Part shown: one piece after another, positions 20,375 through 29,822 of the stretch
Layout of the letters: each line of letters begins with the position of its first letter
How positions within the stretch are numbered: position 1 is the stretch's first letter
Notes under the pieces: generated by a model
What the model was told of the DNA's origin: nothing
Databases searched by the model: none
Seen by the model: only the letters and a program-made list of their open reading frames with translations
Program-made: the position numbers and the translations under genes
Origin: a virus
Virus record (IMG/VR): IMGVR_UViG_3300009609_000001
Coordinates: 36,268-100,267 of that record
DNA: 64,000 nucleotides
Direction: 5' to 3' (one strand)

Positions 20375-20938
20375 TTACCGTTTCCGCCGCTTATTCCCGC
20401 CGATTCCATCAACGAAATCATCCGGCGGAATCAGGTCGCGGTAGTCGCTTTTCCCTAGAGCCTTGGCAATCAGGTTCAAGTTCTCGACGCTGGGCGACGT
20501 GGTGCCGCCCATGTAATTGAAGATCGTCGCGCGACTGATGCCGGTTTGCTTGGCAATCTTCGTTGCGTCATCGCCGATGAGGTACTGCAAATAGAGCGCG
20601 AGTTGCCCGGCTGGCGTTTTGTGGTCCGGGTTGTTAGTGCGTTTGCGGCCCATGCGGCTTGCCTTGGTGGGAAGATGGTCCCCCACTCTACGTTCGCAGC
20701 CGCGCCGCCGCAACAATTTGTCTGCTCTGACTGCTTCCATCGCTTTCCTCTTGGCATCTCTCATGGCTTTGTCGCTCACAATTCCCGGCGCAGAAAAACC
20801 GATCATCGGGGTATCGGCTTGAAAGTCGAACGCAGAAGCGTCGCGCCTGCCCAGCGCCTTGCGGAACGCAGCCTGCGCAATGCGGGCATCTCTGCTTTTC
20901 CGCCGCAACGTCTCGGGCTTGGGTCGGGTTGTGCTCAT
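20375..20938 (-). CDS. XRE-family HTH regulator (HTH in C-terminal half; alternative start 20653)
   Basis: IAKQTGISRATIFNYMGGTTSPSVENLNLIAKALG. Confidence 0.8.
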   Translation of the reverse strand: MSTTRPKPETLRRKSRDARIAQAAFRKALGRRDASAFDFQADTPMIGFSAPGIVSDKAMRDAKRKAMEAVRADKLLRRRGCERRVGDHLPTKASRMGRKRTNNPDHKTPAGQLALYLQYLIGDDATKIAKQTGISRATIFNYMGGTTSPSVENLNLIAKALGKSDYRDLIPPDDFVDGIGGNKRRKR

Positions 20939-21361
20939 GGTGTTAGCCTCTTGAATTCAAACGCCTGAAAGTCAACCGACATAACTTGTGCGAACGCCTG
21001 CACGTCGGCCTTGTCGGCAAACTCGATAATCGCCGCGTGTCTCAGGAGCATCGGTTCCGGCTCGCCGGTGTCCCGATTCAGCGTGAGCAAGCTGCCGTCG
21101 TCAAAACGCCCGATGGACAGGATGCGGAAGTTGATCGGTTTCTCTCGCGTGGTGGTCGTGCTCATGGGCTTGTCGCTTTCTCCGCGTCAATCGCGGTCAA
21201 ACTCTCCACCCCCAGCACGTCGGCCACGTATGCCTCGTGGGCCAGGTCCATAGCCGTATACGCGCGCCGCTGGCAGACGAGCAGGGCTTCGCGGAACTTG
21301 GCGTGCTCGGCCAGGAACGCGGCTCGTGCTTCGGGGTAGCCGTAGGCTTCGGTGGTGTAGA

Positions 21362-22366
21362 TCATGGCGTCGGCTCCGGTTGGATGGCGGGGAACTCGTC
21401 CCACGTGCGACCGTCGAGCAGGCGGCCGGCGGCTTTTTTGCCAACGCGGAATATCGGACAGCGCTCGTCGTTCGATTCGAGCGGCGGGAACCAGACGCGA
21501 TCACGCTGATTCGCCGCATGGATTGCGGACACGCCGCGGCGCTGCGAGTCATCCTGATCCCCTGGTGCCCACTCGCCCCACTGCTTGAAGAAAAACGGCA
21601 CGCTAGCAGCTTCGCACTGGTCCCGCAGCGAGCGTGCCCAATCGGGGTGCATCGGGCGTGCGCCGTGGCCCGACTCGCCGCCAACGATTACCCACGAAAT
21701 TCCGGTCAAATCAATCTCGCCCAAATCCTCAAGCAGCGGTTCAATCGACAGGAACCGCACAGCGGCAAGCGTATGGCGCAAGTGGTCGATCCGATCGATT
21801 CGTTTGCGATCTTCCACGCTCACGCCCAGCCAGACGTTCGGCAGTGGCCAGGGTCCGGTATGCACGGCATCGGCGGCAATATCGCCATCCTCCACCATGT
21901 TTCCAGCGCAGACGGCAATGGCGAATTTCAGATCGACAGGCTCACCAGCGTATTTGCGTTCGCCCTGGAAATACCTTGCCATACGCTCGGCTCTTTTTGT
22001 GAGCACCTGAAACGTGTGCTGCGGACAAACGGCCATCACGCCGAAAACTCGATCGATGAACCAGTCGGGCACATCATCATGGAACAGGTCGCTCATGGAA
22101 TTGACGAACACCCGCTTTGGCTTTCGCCATTGCAGCGGAATCGACAGCGCCTCGGCGTTCAAGTTCACCTTGCCGGTCCACAGCACCTTGCCGTTCGTTT
22201 TCTTCGTCGTGCCGGAATACTTCGCCTGCCCCATCGCCTCAAGGCGGGCCGCGGTGCGCATGGCATAGCAGTTGTGGCAGCCCGGAGAAACGATCGAGCA
22301 TCCCGCGATTGGATTCCATGTTGCGTCGGTCCACTCGATTTGCGAATTAGCTGCCATCGTGTTCAC
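21362..22366 (-). CDS. Phage Gp37/Gp68 (DUF5131) family protein
   Basis: IEWTDATWNP..GC..VSPGC.NCYA, FVNSMSDLFH, WVIVGGESG, FFFKQWG. Confidence 0.92.
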   Translation of the reverse strand: MNTMAANSQIEWTDATWNPIAGCSIVSPGCHNCYAMRTAARLEAMGQAKYSGTTKKTNGKVLWTGKVNLNAEALSIPLQWRKPKRVFVNSMSDLFHDDVPDWFIDRVFGVMAVCPQHTFQVLTKRAERMARYFQGERKYAGEPVDLKFAIAVCAGNMVEDGDIAADAVHTGPWPLPNVWLGVSVEDRKRIDRIDHLRHTLAAVRFLSIEPLLEDLGEIDLTGISWVIVGGESGHGARPMHPDWARSLRDQCEAASVPFFFKQWGEWAPGDQDDSQRRGVSAIHAANQRDRVWFPPLESNDERCPIFRVGKKAAGRLLDGRTWDEFPAIQPEPTP

Positions 22367-22382
22367 CCGTTAGGTTCGGCGT

Positions 22383-23255
22383 TCATGGGGACTCGGCGAA
22401 TAGCGGGTGTCGCGTCTCTGCGTAGCTGGGTCCGTTCATCAAAAGGACTTCGACGGCTCGCGTGCTATTTTCTCCGCGATTTCCTAGCTGCCCGTGCGCC
22501 ATCGACTTCGCCACGTCAAACGTCCGTTTCGTCCATCCGCTGTAAAGACCATCCAACCGCTCGTGGTCGTAATAACTGACGACAACGCGCGCCGCATGGA
22601 ACCTTTCCAGCAACGCCGCCAGTCGCTCGTGGTCTGCGTCCGAAAAGTCGTGGACGTAGTTTCCTTTTTTCACCAAATACGGCGGGTCGCAATAAATCGC
22701 GGTGTCACCCGCGTCGTCAATCCGCTCAATGATTTCAAAGGCATCGCGGCAAAGGATCGTAACGGCCTGAAGGCGCTTGCGCCATGCCGGAATGCTTTGC
22801 ACTGCGGAATTCCAGCGGACTCCCTCATGCCCGCCACCAGTTGTGTATCGCACGCCCGGCTTGTGAATCGTGTCGCTCGTGCCGGAAACTCCATTCCTTC
22901 CGAACCACGAGACAACAAAATAGTCGAATGCTCTTTCAAGTGGAGACTCGCATTCGGCCTGAAGGCGCTCCCAAGAATCTGTCAATTGCTGCTCTGAGAA
23001 CAAAACACGACGCAAGCGCCGGTACAGTTTCGGACCATCGGCGCTTTGAATAACGCGAGCCAAATTGACCAAATCGCCATGCAAATCGTTTACTCTCTCG
23101 TGCGACGCGCGCGGCTTGTTAAGCAGGACGGACATCGAACCGCAGAATGGCTCCCAGTAGCCGACGTGCGGCCCAAGTTCGGCAACGATGTCAGCCGCGA
23201 GATTTCTCTTGCCGCCAAACCACGGTGCCAGGGCTGTGATAGTCGGTGCATTCAT
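22383..23255 (-). CDS. dam: D12-class DNA adenine methyltransferase
   Basis: WFGGK, EPFCGS, ND, DPPY. Confidence 0.9.
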   Translation of the reverse strand: MNAPTITALAPWFGGKRNLAADIVAELGPHVGYWEPFCGSMSVLLNKPRASHERVNDLHGDLVNLARVIQSADGPKLYRRLRRVLFSEQQLTDSWERLQAECESPLERAFDYFVVSWFGRNGVSGTSDTIHKPGVRYTTGGGHEGVRWNSAVQSIPAWRKRLQAVTILCRDAFEIIERIDDAGDTAIYCDPPYLVKKGNYVHDFSDADHERLAALLERFHAARVVVSYYDHERLDGLYSGWTKRTFDVAKSMAHGQLGNRGENSTRAVEVLLMNGPSYAETRHPLFAESP

Positions 23256-23454
23256 CGCTTGGCAAACTCCCTCAGCCGCTTAGCAATCTCCGCCTCAGGC
23301 ATGAGCCACAACGAAGCGCCGACCGCCTCTTGCAGCAGATCCCGCGCGGCGTCGGTCCCTTGCGGCAGGTTGCGGCTCTCGCGGATGATCTTGCAGCACT
23401 TGCCGATGCCGTCGATTTCGACGACCGCGGCGCAGGCTTGGGCTTCGGTGGGGG

Positions 23455-23856
23455 TTAGCATGCTTGCGATTCCTTTGCTCGTTGACGCCGCTCTTTCAAC
23501 CGCTCGCGCATCGCAATCCACCGCTTGGCATCTTCGCCGGGCCTGTATTCGTCCGTGTCGCTGTCGTACTCGGAATCCTCTGCGATGCACTCGTCGAGAT
23601 ATTCCCGCCAACCTCCCGGCCCCAGGCTGACTTCGTGCGCCTTGCCGAATTCCTTCCTGTCCACGTCGCACGCCATACAGCACTTCTCGTGGTTGGCTTC
23701 GCCCTCGAATACGTCGAAGTGGTCAACGTACTTTTCTCCTGGCTGGATTCTGCCGCCGCACGAGCTGCACTTATGCTGCTTGCGCGCCGTGCGTTCGGTT
23801 TCATTCCAGATGGTGCAGTATTCGTCGAAGTCAATCACGCACATGGTTCTCTCCAA
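23455..23856 (-). CDS. Zn-finger hypothetical protein
   Basis: ARKQHKCSSCG..IQPGEKY...CMAC. Confidence 0.7.
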   Translation of the reverse strand: MERTMCVIDFDEYCTIWNETERTARKQHKCSSCGGRIQPGEKYVDHFDVFEGEANHEKCCMACDVDRKEFGKAHEVSLGPGGWREYLDECIAEDSEYDSDTDEYRPGEDAKRWIAMRERLKERRQRAKESQAC

Positions 23857-24109
23857 AACAAGCCCGGCTTAGATACTCACCACCGGGCGAGGCTTTCCTA
23901 ACCGGCTTCATGCCCGCCGCTCACTCCAGCGGCTCCGTCCGATGCGTCTCCACACGCAGCGGTCCTGTCGTGATTCAACTCGCGCCGCAAGACGCTCAGG
24001 TCTCGCGGGGCTTGAACGCCGATTCGCACCCGGTCGCCCTGGATGCGCACGACGCAAATCGAAATATGGCTTCCGATGTCGATGAATTCCCCGGTACGAC
24101 GCGATAAAA

Positions 24110-24856
24110 CTAAGATGGGACACCTCCTTGCGATGGAAAATTGAGCGATGCAAACTCTCCGTACACCGTGCTGGCGGCAGCGTCATATGCCTTAGCAGCG
24201 GCAACCTCATCTGTGAACATTCCCAGGTGGATCGGCTTCTTGTCCTTGTGCAGACACGCTCGCCACTTGGCGCATTTTGAATTGAAGTGGACGCCCTTGA
24301 ACTTCGATGTTTTCGCGTCACGTCGCTTGCGAGTGTTTCGCATCTGCTGAACGCGGGTCGCCCAGCGGCAGTTATCCGGCTCATAATTGCCGTTCACATC
24401 CTTACGGTCGATTTCGAGATTCTCCGCGTAGCCGTTCGCATTGGCCCAATCGCGGAACGCCTCGAAACTAGCCTCCCACTCAGGACAGACACGGATTCCA
24501 CGCCCACCGTAATACTCGTAAGCCTGCGATGTCTCGCAATTGCACCTGTTTTTCATGTGGCACCAAATGCCATGCAATCGCGTTTTCGATTCTCCGTGGG
24601 TCTGAATATGCGATCCGATCTCAGTCGCCGCACACTCTCTTGAGCAATAAATACGCTCTGCGCTTGGCGAGAATCCAAACTCGCGTCCGCATGCCTTACA
24701 GGTTGCCTTAGACGGAGGATGTACACACTTGCGAGAGCAGTATTTGGCCGTTGCAAGACGCCCAACATGCACCGAGAATGGCGAACCGCACCGCTGGCAG
24801 GTTGTCTCAACCTGGGGATTCCGCTTGCGTTCTGAAAACAGCATTGTCTGTCTCAT
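24110..24856 (-). CDS. HNH endonuclease with N-terminal Zn repeats and C-terminal AP2 domain
   Basis: CxxC..YCSxxC twice; YGGRGI; IDRKDVNGNYEPDNCRW; SKFKGV...W...LG.F...AAKAYD. Confidence 0.9.
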   Translation of the reverse strand: MRQTMLFSERKRNPQVETTCQRCGSPFSVHVGRLATAKYCSRKCVHPPSKATCKACGREFGFSPSAERIYCSRECAATEIGSHIQTHGESKTRLHGIWCHMKNRCNCETSQAYEYYGGRGIRVCPEWEASFEAFRDWANANGYAENLEIDRKDVNGNYEPDNCRWATRVQQMRNTRKRRDAKTSKFKGVHFNSKCAKWRACLHKDKKPIHLGMFTDEVAAAKAYDAAASTVYGEFASLNFPSQGGVPS

Positions 24857-25615
24857 GCGGATTCCTCCAACAGCGACCTCTGCACGACGGGCGGCGGCTC
24901 AGCGTCGATGTGCATTACGATTCCCGTGATGTAGCTGGACCACGCCCACCCTCTGACTTGCTTCAGCGACTCAACGAAATTCTCGCGCGGAAATATGGCG
25001 GCAAGCGACATTAGCGCGCGAACGACGTTTAGCATCGCGCCGGCTTCATCTTGGCATTTCGCTGCCGCTTGCAGTGCTTCAAGTGCGGCGGACGAATCAC
25101 AGGTCGATTCATTTAGGGCTACGACGGGCGATTCCTTTTTCAGAGACCAAATTGCGAATAGGCAGTTGAGCGTTGCATATGGGCAGTGGATCGCCGGGCA
25201 TTCTTCAGCCAGTCGCAGCGAATTGATTGCCATTCGGATGCTGCTGTGCGCAGACTTGAGACCGGGCTTTTCGTATTTGCGAGGTCCAATCGCGTCGATG
25301 AGAAACGCCGATGGAGATTCTCTGGTGCGAGCATCGATAAGCACAAACTCGTTGTCCATCACATGCGACTCGAATGGTTTCCAGTAATCCATCACGCTGC
25401 CCCCATCGCCGCGTCCAATCGTTCCCCAATCTCCACACACTCCGCATCGCCGACCATGAAAAGCTCCCGGCAGGTCGTCGCCGCAGCTTCGCGCATGTGC
25501 TCCCGTTCGGCCAGCAACTCGCGGAGCATGGCGGCGGCTTCGTGGAGGTTTGATCCTGGCACGAATTCGCGCTGCGACCACGAGTTGATTTCGGTTAGGC
25601 GTTGGGGGGTCATCG

Positions 25616-26296
25616 TCAGTCCGTGAATTGGAATACTTCCTGCTCAAGCCGACGTGCGGCGATTTCGCAATAGCGCTCTTCAATCTCGATTCCAATGGCT
25701 TTGCGGCCCAGCAGCTTCGCGGCTTCCAGCGTTGTCCCGGTGCCAGCCTGCGGATCAATAACGCCGTGGTCGCCATACTGGTTGACCAGCCATTTGACGT
25801 GCTCTAGCCGCCGTGGGCTTGGGTGGGGCAGATTCTCATAGTCGATGCCGTCCGATGTTCCTTGACCCCTGCCGGTGTGCTGCCGCTTGTTGGAATTGTT
25901 CCTTGCCACAATTTCGCCGCTCAACACACGCAAGCCTTCCCGCGACGGCGGCGGCTCACCGAACACGTAGGCAATGTCTGAGCCAACCAGCACGCGCCCG
26001 CGATAGGATGGTCTCGCATACCGCAGCCAGCACGCGCGAATGAACGGCAGCGCCGGCGGCACAGCCAAGAGAAATCTGGGGTCGCTCGTGCATCCCATAT
26101 GGACGACGAGCGTTTTGACGGTCAAGGCATCGCACGTCTCGCGAAAAAGCTGCTGCGGGTCGGCAACTCCCGGAAAGACGGAGTTCGGCCATACCGGATC
26201 GCAAATGCAAACCGGCGGCTGCTGAATCGACGGCAGCACCTCACGGCAATCACCGCAATAAATCTCGATGCCGTTCCGTGAGTAGTAAGGGGTCAT
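25616..26296 (-). CDS. N6/N4 DNA methyltransferase-like protein with variant motifs
   Basis: GDCREVL, DPVW at motif IV, HP..R, DPQAGTGTT, GIEIEERYC. Confidence 0.8.
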   Translation of the reverse strand: MTPYYSRNGIEIYCGDCREVLPSIQQPPVCICDPVWPNSVFPGVADPQQLFRETCDALTVKTLVVHMGCTSDPRFLLAVPPALPFIRACWLRYARPSYRGRVLVGSDIAYVFGEPPPSREGLRVLSGEIVARNNSNKRQHTGRGQGTSDGIDYENLPHPSPRRLEHVKWLVNQYGDHGVIDPQAGTGTTLEAAKLLGRKAIGIEIEERYCEIAARRLEQEVFQFTD

Positions 26297-27137
26297 TCGC
26301 AGATCCTCACAACAATCGGCTCAGACTCCAGCTCGTCGACCAGCAGCACCGACAGCGGATAGCCGGTGTCGATGATGCTCAGCACGTCCAGGGCGGGTAC
26401 GAGCCGCTCGAGCTCGGCGTCTGCCAGGGCGTTGATGCGGGCGTTGTATTCGGATTCGGTCATCAGTTTCGTCCAGCCCTGCGACTTGCCAGCGAGCATT
26501 GCAGGTGCTCAATTGCCCGCTCCATTGCGTACTCTTGCAATTCAGGTTCGGGGACATTGACCCAGAGCGAACAATCGTCCACGCCTTCACGCTGAATAAT
26601 TCCGACCGTAACCAGCGCGACGCAGTTATCCGCCGCTACCTCGTGGGTAACTCCAATCGACTCTTGCACGTCGTCCGGTATGTCGTCCATTTCGTTCATG
26701 CGTTTCGCTCCCTCACGCACCCAAGCCAGGTAATCGCCGCGACGCAAAGGGCACAGAATCCGATAGCGGAGAGCATGGTCATACGACGCACTCCGATAGT
26801 AGTTCCCGCAACGTAATCCCCTCCTCGCGCGCCATCTTCTCGAAAGCCAGCCGCATCTTTTTCAACGCCCGCAGTTCCGATTTCTGAATTGCTCGCCGGC
26901 ACACGCCAAAGCGCTGCGCGAGCGATTCGTAGGTGACGGCGCCGGTTTGCTGGTACGGTCGCTCGACGATCAGCCCCCGCGCGGCCGACGACGAAGCGTG
27001 ATCGCCGGTCCGCGCGGGTACCCGTTCTTGGCCGACTTGCTCGTGTTTTGTCGCCGGCAGACGGTGCGCGTCAGGGTTGGGCAGGAAACCTGATTGCGAG
27101 CCGCTGCCGGCGGTTGTTGGGGTCGTGGGGACCATGC

Positions 27138-27854
27138 TCATACTGATTCCATGATTCGACGCCCTATCCACTCCGCGCACGCCGGGAACACGCTGTTGCC
27201 GATTCCTCTAATGCGCTCCACGTAATCGGGAAACCCTGCGCGGCTTCTAAGTCCGCGGGATGCAAGTAGGTGTGCCCGGTCTGCTGCTTGTACCAGTCGC
27301 GGAGATTCAGTGTCCCGCCTTTGGGCCTGCATGATTTGCCGCCCTTCCAGTCCGTGGCCGTTGGCGTCGGCAAGTTCGGCGAGCAAGAACACTCGTTCCC
27401 GCTCGTGGTCAGCCCCAAAGCAACAGGCGCGCAGTCGGAAGGGCAGGACAGCGTAACCAAGCGATTCAAGGCCAGCTCGGAATCTCCACCAAGGCCAGGG
27501 AGCATCGCGCCGGATGTGCGACGGATTCTCTCGGACCACAAGGCGCGGGCGAATCGCATCAACAATGCGGAGGAACTCACCGCCGAGGCTCGATTGACTT
27601 GCGACACCGTAACCGCGCGCTCCGCTGTTCTCTTGGCACGGGTCTCCGCCAGCGATGCAGTCAACTCTCCATTGCTCAATTGGCTCTGGCGGGAAGGTTC
27701 GCACGTCGTCCCATCGCCGCACGTTGGGCCAATGCTTTTCAAGGACTCGTCGGCAGTAAGGGTCGATTTCAACTTGCCACCTGCATTCCATGCCTGCGCG
27801 TTCTAACCCAAGGTCCATGCCGCCAATGCCAGCGAACAAACTGCCGAACGTCAC
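27138..27854 (-). CDS. dcm: C5 DNA cytosine methyltransferase (main subunit)
   Basis: FAGIGG, GGDPCQ, ENP, RERVF, GNSV; GTG start. Confidence 0.9.
   Translation of the reverse strand: MTFGSLFAGIGGMDLGLERAGMECRWQVEIDPYCRRVLEKHWPNVRRWDDVRTFPPEPIEQWRVDCIAGGDPCQENSGARGYGVASQSSLGGEFLRIVDAIRPRLVVRENPSHIRRDAPWPWWRFRAGLESLGYAVLPFRLRACCFGADHERERVFLLAELADANGHGLEGRQIMQAQRRDTESPRLVQAADRAHLLASRGLRSRAGFPDYVERIRGIGNSVFPACAEWIGRRIMESV
27164..27505 (-). CDS. Nested alternative-frame ORF, putative methyltransferase beta subunit
   Basis: LPTPTATDWKG...LHP...E..QGFP..W motif IX-like. Confidence 0.55.
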   Translation of the reverse strand: MLPGLGGDSELALNRLVTLSCPSDCAPVALGLTTSGNECSCSPNLPTPTATDWKGGKSCRPKGGTLNLRDWYKQQTGHTYLHPADLEAAQGFPITWSALEESATACSRRARSG

Positions 27855-28067
27855 CCGTCTACCCATCCAATCCCCGGCACGCACACATCCCCGCACGCTT
27901 CATGGATTGCTTGCCCCAACCGAACCATCGTGAATCCGTTCAAGTCGCGGCGCTGGTAACGGTCCCACAGGTAATCAATCGCGGCCTCAACTTCCGTCCC
28001 CCAGAACCGCACGATGTAGGTCTGTCCGTGCCGGCTGTATTCGGCTTCCAGGATTTCGTCGCCGTCG

Positions 28068-28664
28068 TCATCGCCTCCGAAGCGGGGTCCAATTGGCAGG
28101 CACGGTGCGTCGATGGTCAGCATTTGGTGGCCTCCGGTTTCGCAACTGCCGCGCGAAGGTCGGCCGCCAGTTCTGGAGCATGCCCGGTGAGTTTTTCCAG
28201 GGCGACGTGAAGCGGCCAGGTTTCAGGTTCGGCTGCTTCGCTTGATTGTTCCGGCGACTTGCGCGGCTCACGTCCAATTCCTTCTCTGCGGCTTTGGTTT
28301 CTTCGATGTGCCGCTCAAATTCGGCTTCGTCGATTGCGGCGATGCGCTGCCAGCGGTGGGAGTCTTTCCTGGAAACGCCGATTTGTTCGAGGGTAAAAGG
28401 TGTTCCCACGTGGGAACAGGTTTCACTCGGCCGCCCCCCGGTCGAGCGCTCCGTGTTGGCTAACGCATCACCAAGCCATCTGGCTGACCTCATCTTTAAT
28501 TCCGTGGCAAGGCTTTGGGTTTCCCCTGAAAGCCCGTTCATTTTGGCGAAGTGCCTTGCGGACTCCGCCAAGTCCATAATTTCCTTTGCCTTGTCGAAAC
28601 TGTTGCACTCGGCCAGGAGTCGCTTTGCGTTCCCCAGTTTTTTTACGATGGCAATTTCGTTCAT
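28068..28664 (-). CDS. Phage protein of the type often fused to methyltransferases; possible frame switch near the 3' end
   Basis: R..R.LG..L...GGRP...TLEQIGVSRKDSHRWQRIA. Confidence 0.65.
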   Translation of the reverse strand: MNEIAIVKKLGNAKRLLAECNSFDKAKEIMDLAESARHFAKMNGLSGETQSLATELKMRSARWLGDALANTERSTGGRPSETCSHVGTPFTLEQIGVSRKDSHRWQRIAAIDEAEFERHIEETKAAEKELDVSRASRRNNQAKQPNLKPGRFTSPWKNSPGMLQNWRPTFARQLRNRRPPNADHRRTVPANWTPLRRR

Positions 28665-29029
28665 CGGCGAAGTTCTCCGATGAGCGAATCGACCTCAGGC
28701 GTGTAGCGAAACCACTCTCCATGAAGGTGCAGGTGAGCCAGTTTCTTGTGGCACTCGTTTTCCAGGTGTCCCGCGCTGGCAATCGTCGCGATGAGTTTCA
28801 GCGGTCCTGGCGCGCCGGTTTGCAGGTCCGCAATGCGTGCCGGCGGGTCTGACGACACGCCGATCTTCACCGCATCGCCGCACAAGGCAAAGTAAAGGCT
28901 CTTGTTTACGTGAAGTCGGTCGGCACCCTTCGCCGGAAACAGCGCCCTTGCGTATGCCGCTTGTGCGCTGGCCAAGGCTATCGTCTCTCGCAGCCTAGCC
29001 ATCTCTGCTACTGCTTCGGCCGTGCTCAT
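28661..29029 (-). CDS. GIY-YIG (T5orf172-like) domain protein
   Basis: YF...VKIGVS.DP..R...LQTG...E..H.....GEWF. Confidence 0.85.
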   Translation of the reverse strand: MSTAEAVAEMARLRETIALASAQAAYARALFPAKGADRLHVNKSLYFALCGDAVKIGVSSDPPARIADLQTGAPGPLKLIATIASAGHLENECHKKLAHLHLHGEWFRYTPEVDSLIGELRR

Positions 29030-29136
29030 GCTTCCCATGCGTGCCGCCGCGCGGCCCAGCCGCGGAAAAGTTTTGCGGGCTTCGGTTTCGCCAGCGGGGC
29101 GATTAGAAGACCGACGATTTGCGTTACGTCGGCTGA

Positions 29137-29156
29137 TTGTACCTATAGCGGTACAA
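29137..29156 (-). promoter_or_regulatory. Palindromic operator inside the early-operon promoter
   Basis: TTGTACC-N6-GGTACAA within minus-strand TTGTAA-N16-TACAAT. Confidence 0.75.
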
Positions 29157-29194
29157 ATTACAAGTGGTCTATTTCCAGAAAAACAGAAACGGCT

Positions 29195-29401
29195 TTAACT
29201 CTGCCGCGGTCCGGGCTTGCGCGGGATTTTCTTGAACGCATCAAGCGATTTTTGCGGAATCAGATAGGTACGTTCGCCTAGCGTTTCCGCTTCGATGCGC
29301 CCATCGCGGATATACCTGCGCACGAGGCTTTCGGTAATGCCAAGCGCCTTGGCTGCCTCGACGGTGGAAAAAGACTTTTCGATAGTTGTTGCCACGGACA
29401 T
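29195..29401 (-). CDS. Excisionase-like/Cro-like HTH protein
   Basis: FSTVEAAKALGITESLVRRYIRDGRI.A...G..YLI. Confidence 0.85.
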   Translation of the reverse strand: MSVATTIEKSFSTVEAAKALGITESLVRRYIRDGRIEAETLGERTYLIPQKSLDAFKKIPRKPGPRQS

Positions 29402-29409
29402 GCTCCTAG

Positions 29410-29427
29410 TGTACCTTTGGCGGTACA
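29410..29427 (-). promoter_or_regulatory. Second copy of the operator, in the promoter of the HTH gene
   Basis: TGTACC-N6-GGTACA within minus-strand TTGAAA-N16-TACACT, 6 nt before ATG. Confidence 0.75.
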
Positions 29428-29535
29428 GATTTCAATACCTAACGGACTTCTCGGCACTGACGCCCCTCCCGGCCGGATGGCCGCGGCTTCTCCCGCTTCT
29501 GCGGTGGGCGTTAAACCTTTGCTCCGGTCCACAAA

Positions 29536-29619
29536 TGCGAGCGAGAGGACTTGAACCTCCACGGGATTACTCCCACGGCGACCTCAACGCCGCGCGTATG
29601 CCAATTCCGCCACGCTCGC
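29536..29619 (-). tRNA. trnL: tRNA-Leu(GAG), 84 nt, CCA not encoded
   Basis: Acceptor GCGAGCG/CGCTCGC-A, D arm TGGCGGAATTGGCATACGC, anticodon loop TTGAGGT, long variable arm, T arm GGAGGTTCAAGTCCTCT. Confidence 0.95.
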
Positions 29620-29822
29620 CAATTCCTACGCCGCTTTGCGTTGATGATACCCTCAACTTTATTTCCTAAAGTTCGCTTAGCTTTTTGCTTGGCGCAGCCG
29701 CGCGCGTTAGGCAACGTCGAATGCGCACGCTATCGCGCTTAGGACTTGAGGAATTTTGCTTACAAACGCTCAAGCTCTAGTCAGTTTCTTGCCAATAAAA
29801 ACAAGTGGGCAGGAGAATCGAA

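Noticed and set aside
21326-22579. Long opposite-strand ORFs (for example 21326-22579 +, 4253-5293 +, 50529-51536 -, 61576-62406 -)
   Set aside because: Shadows of well-supported genes in GC-rich DNA, with no motifs or RBS
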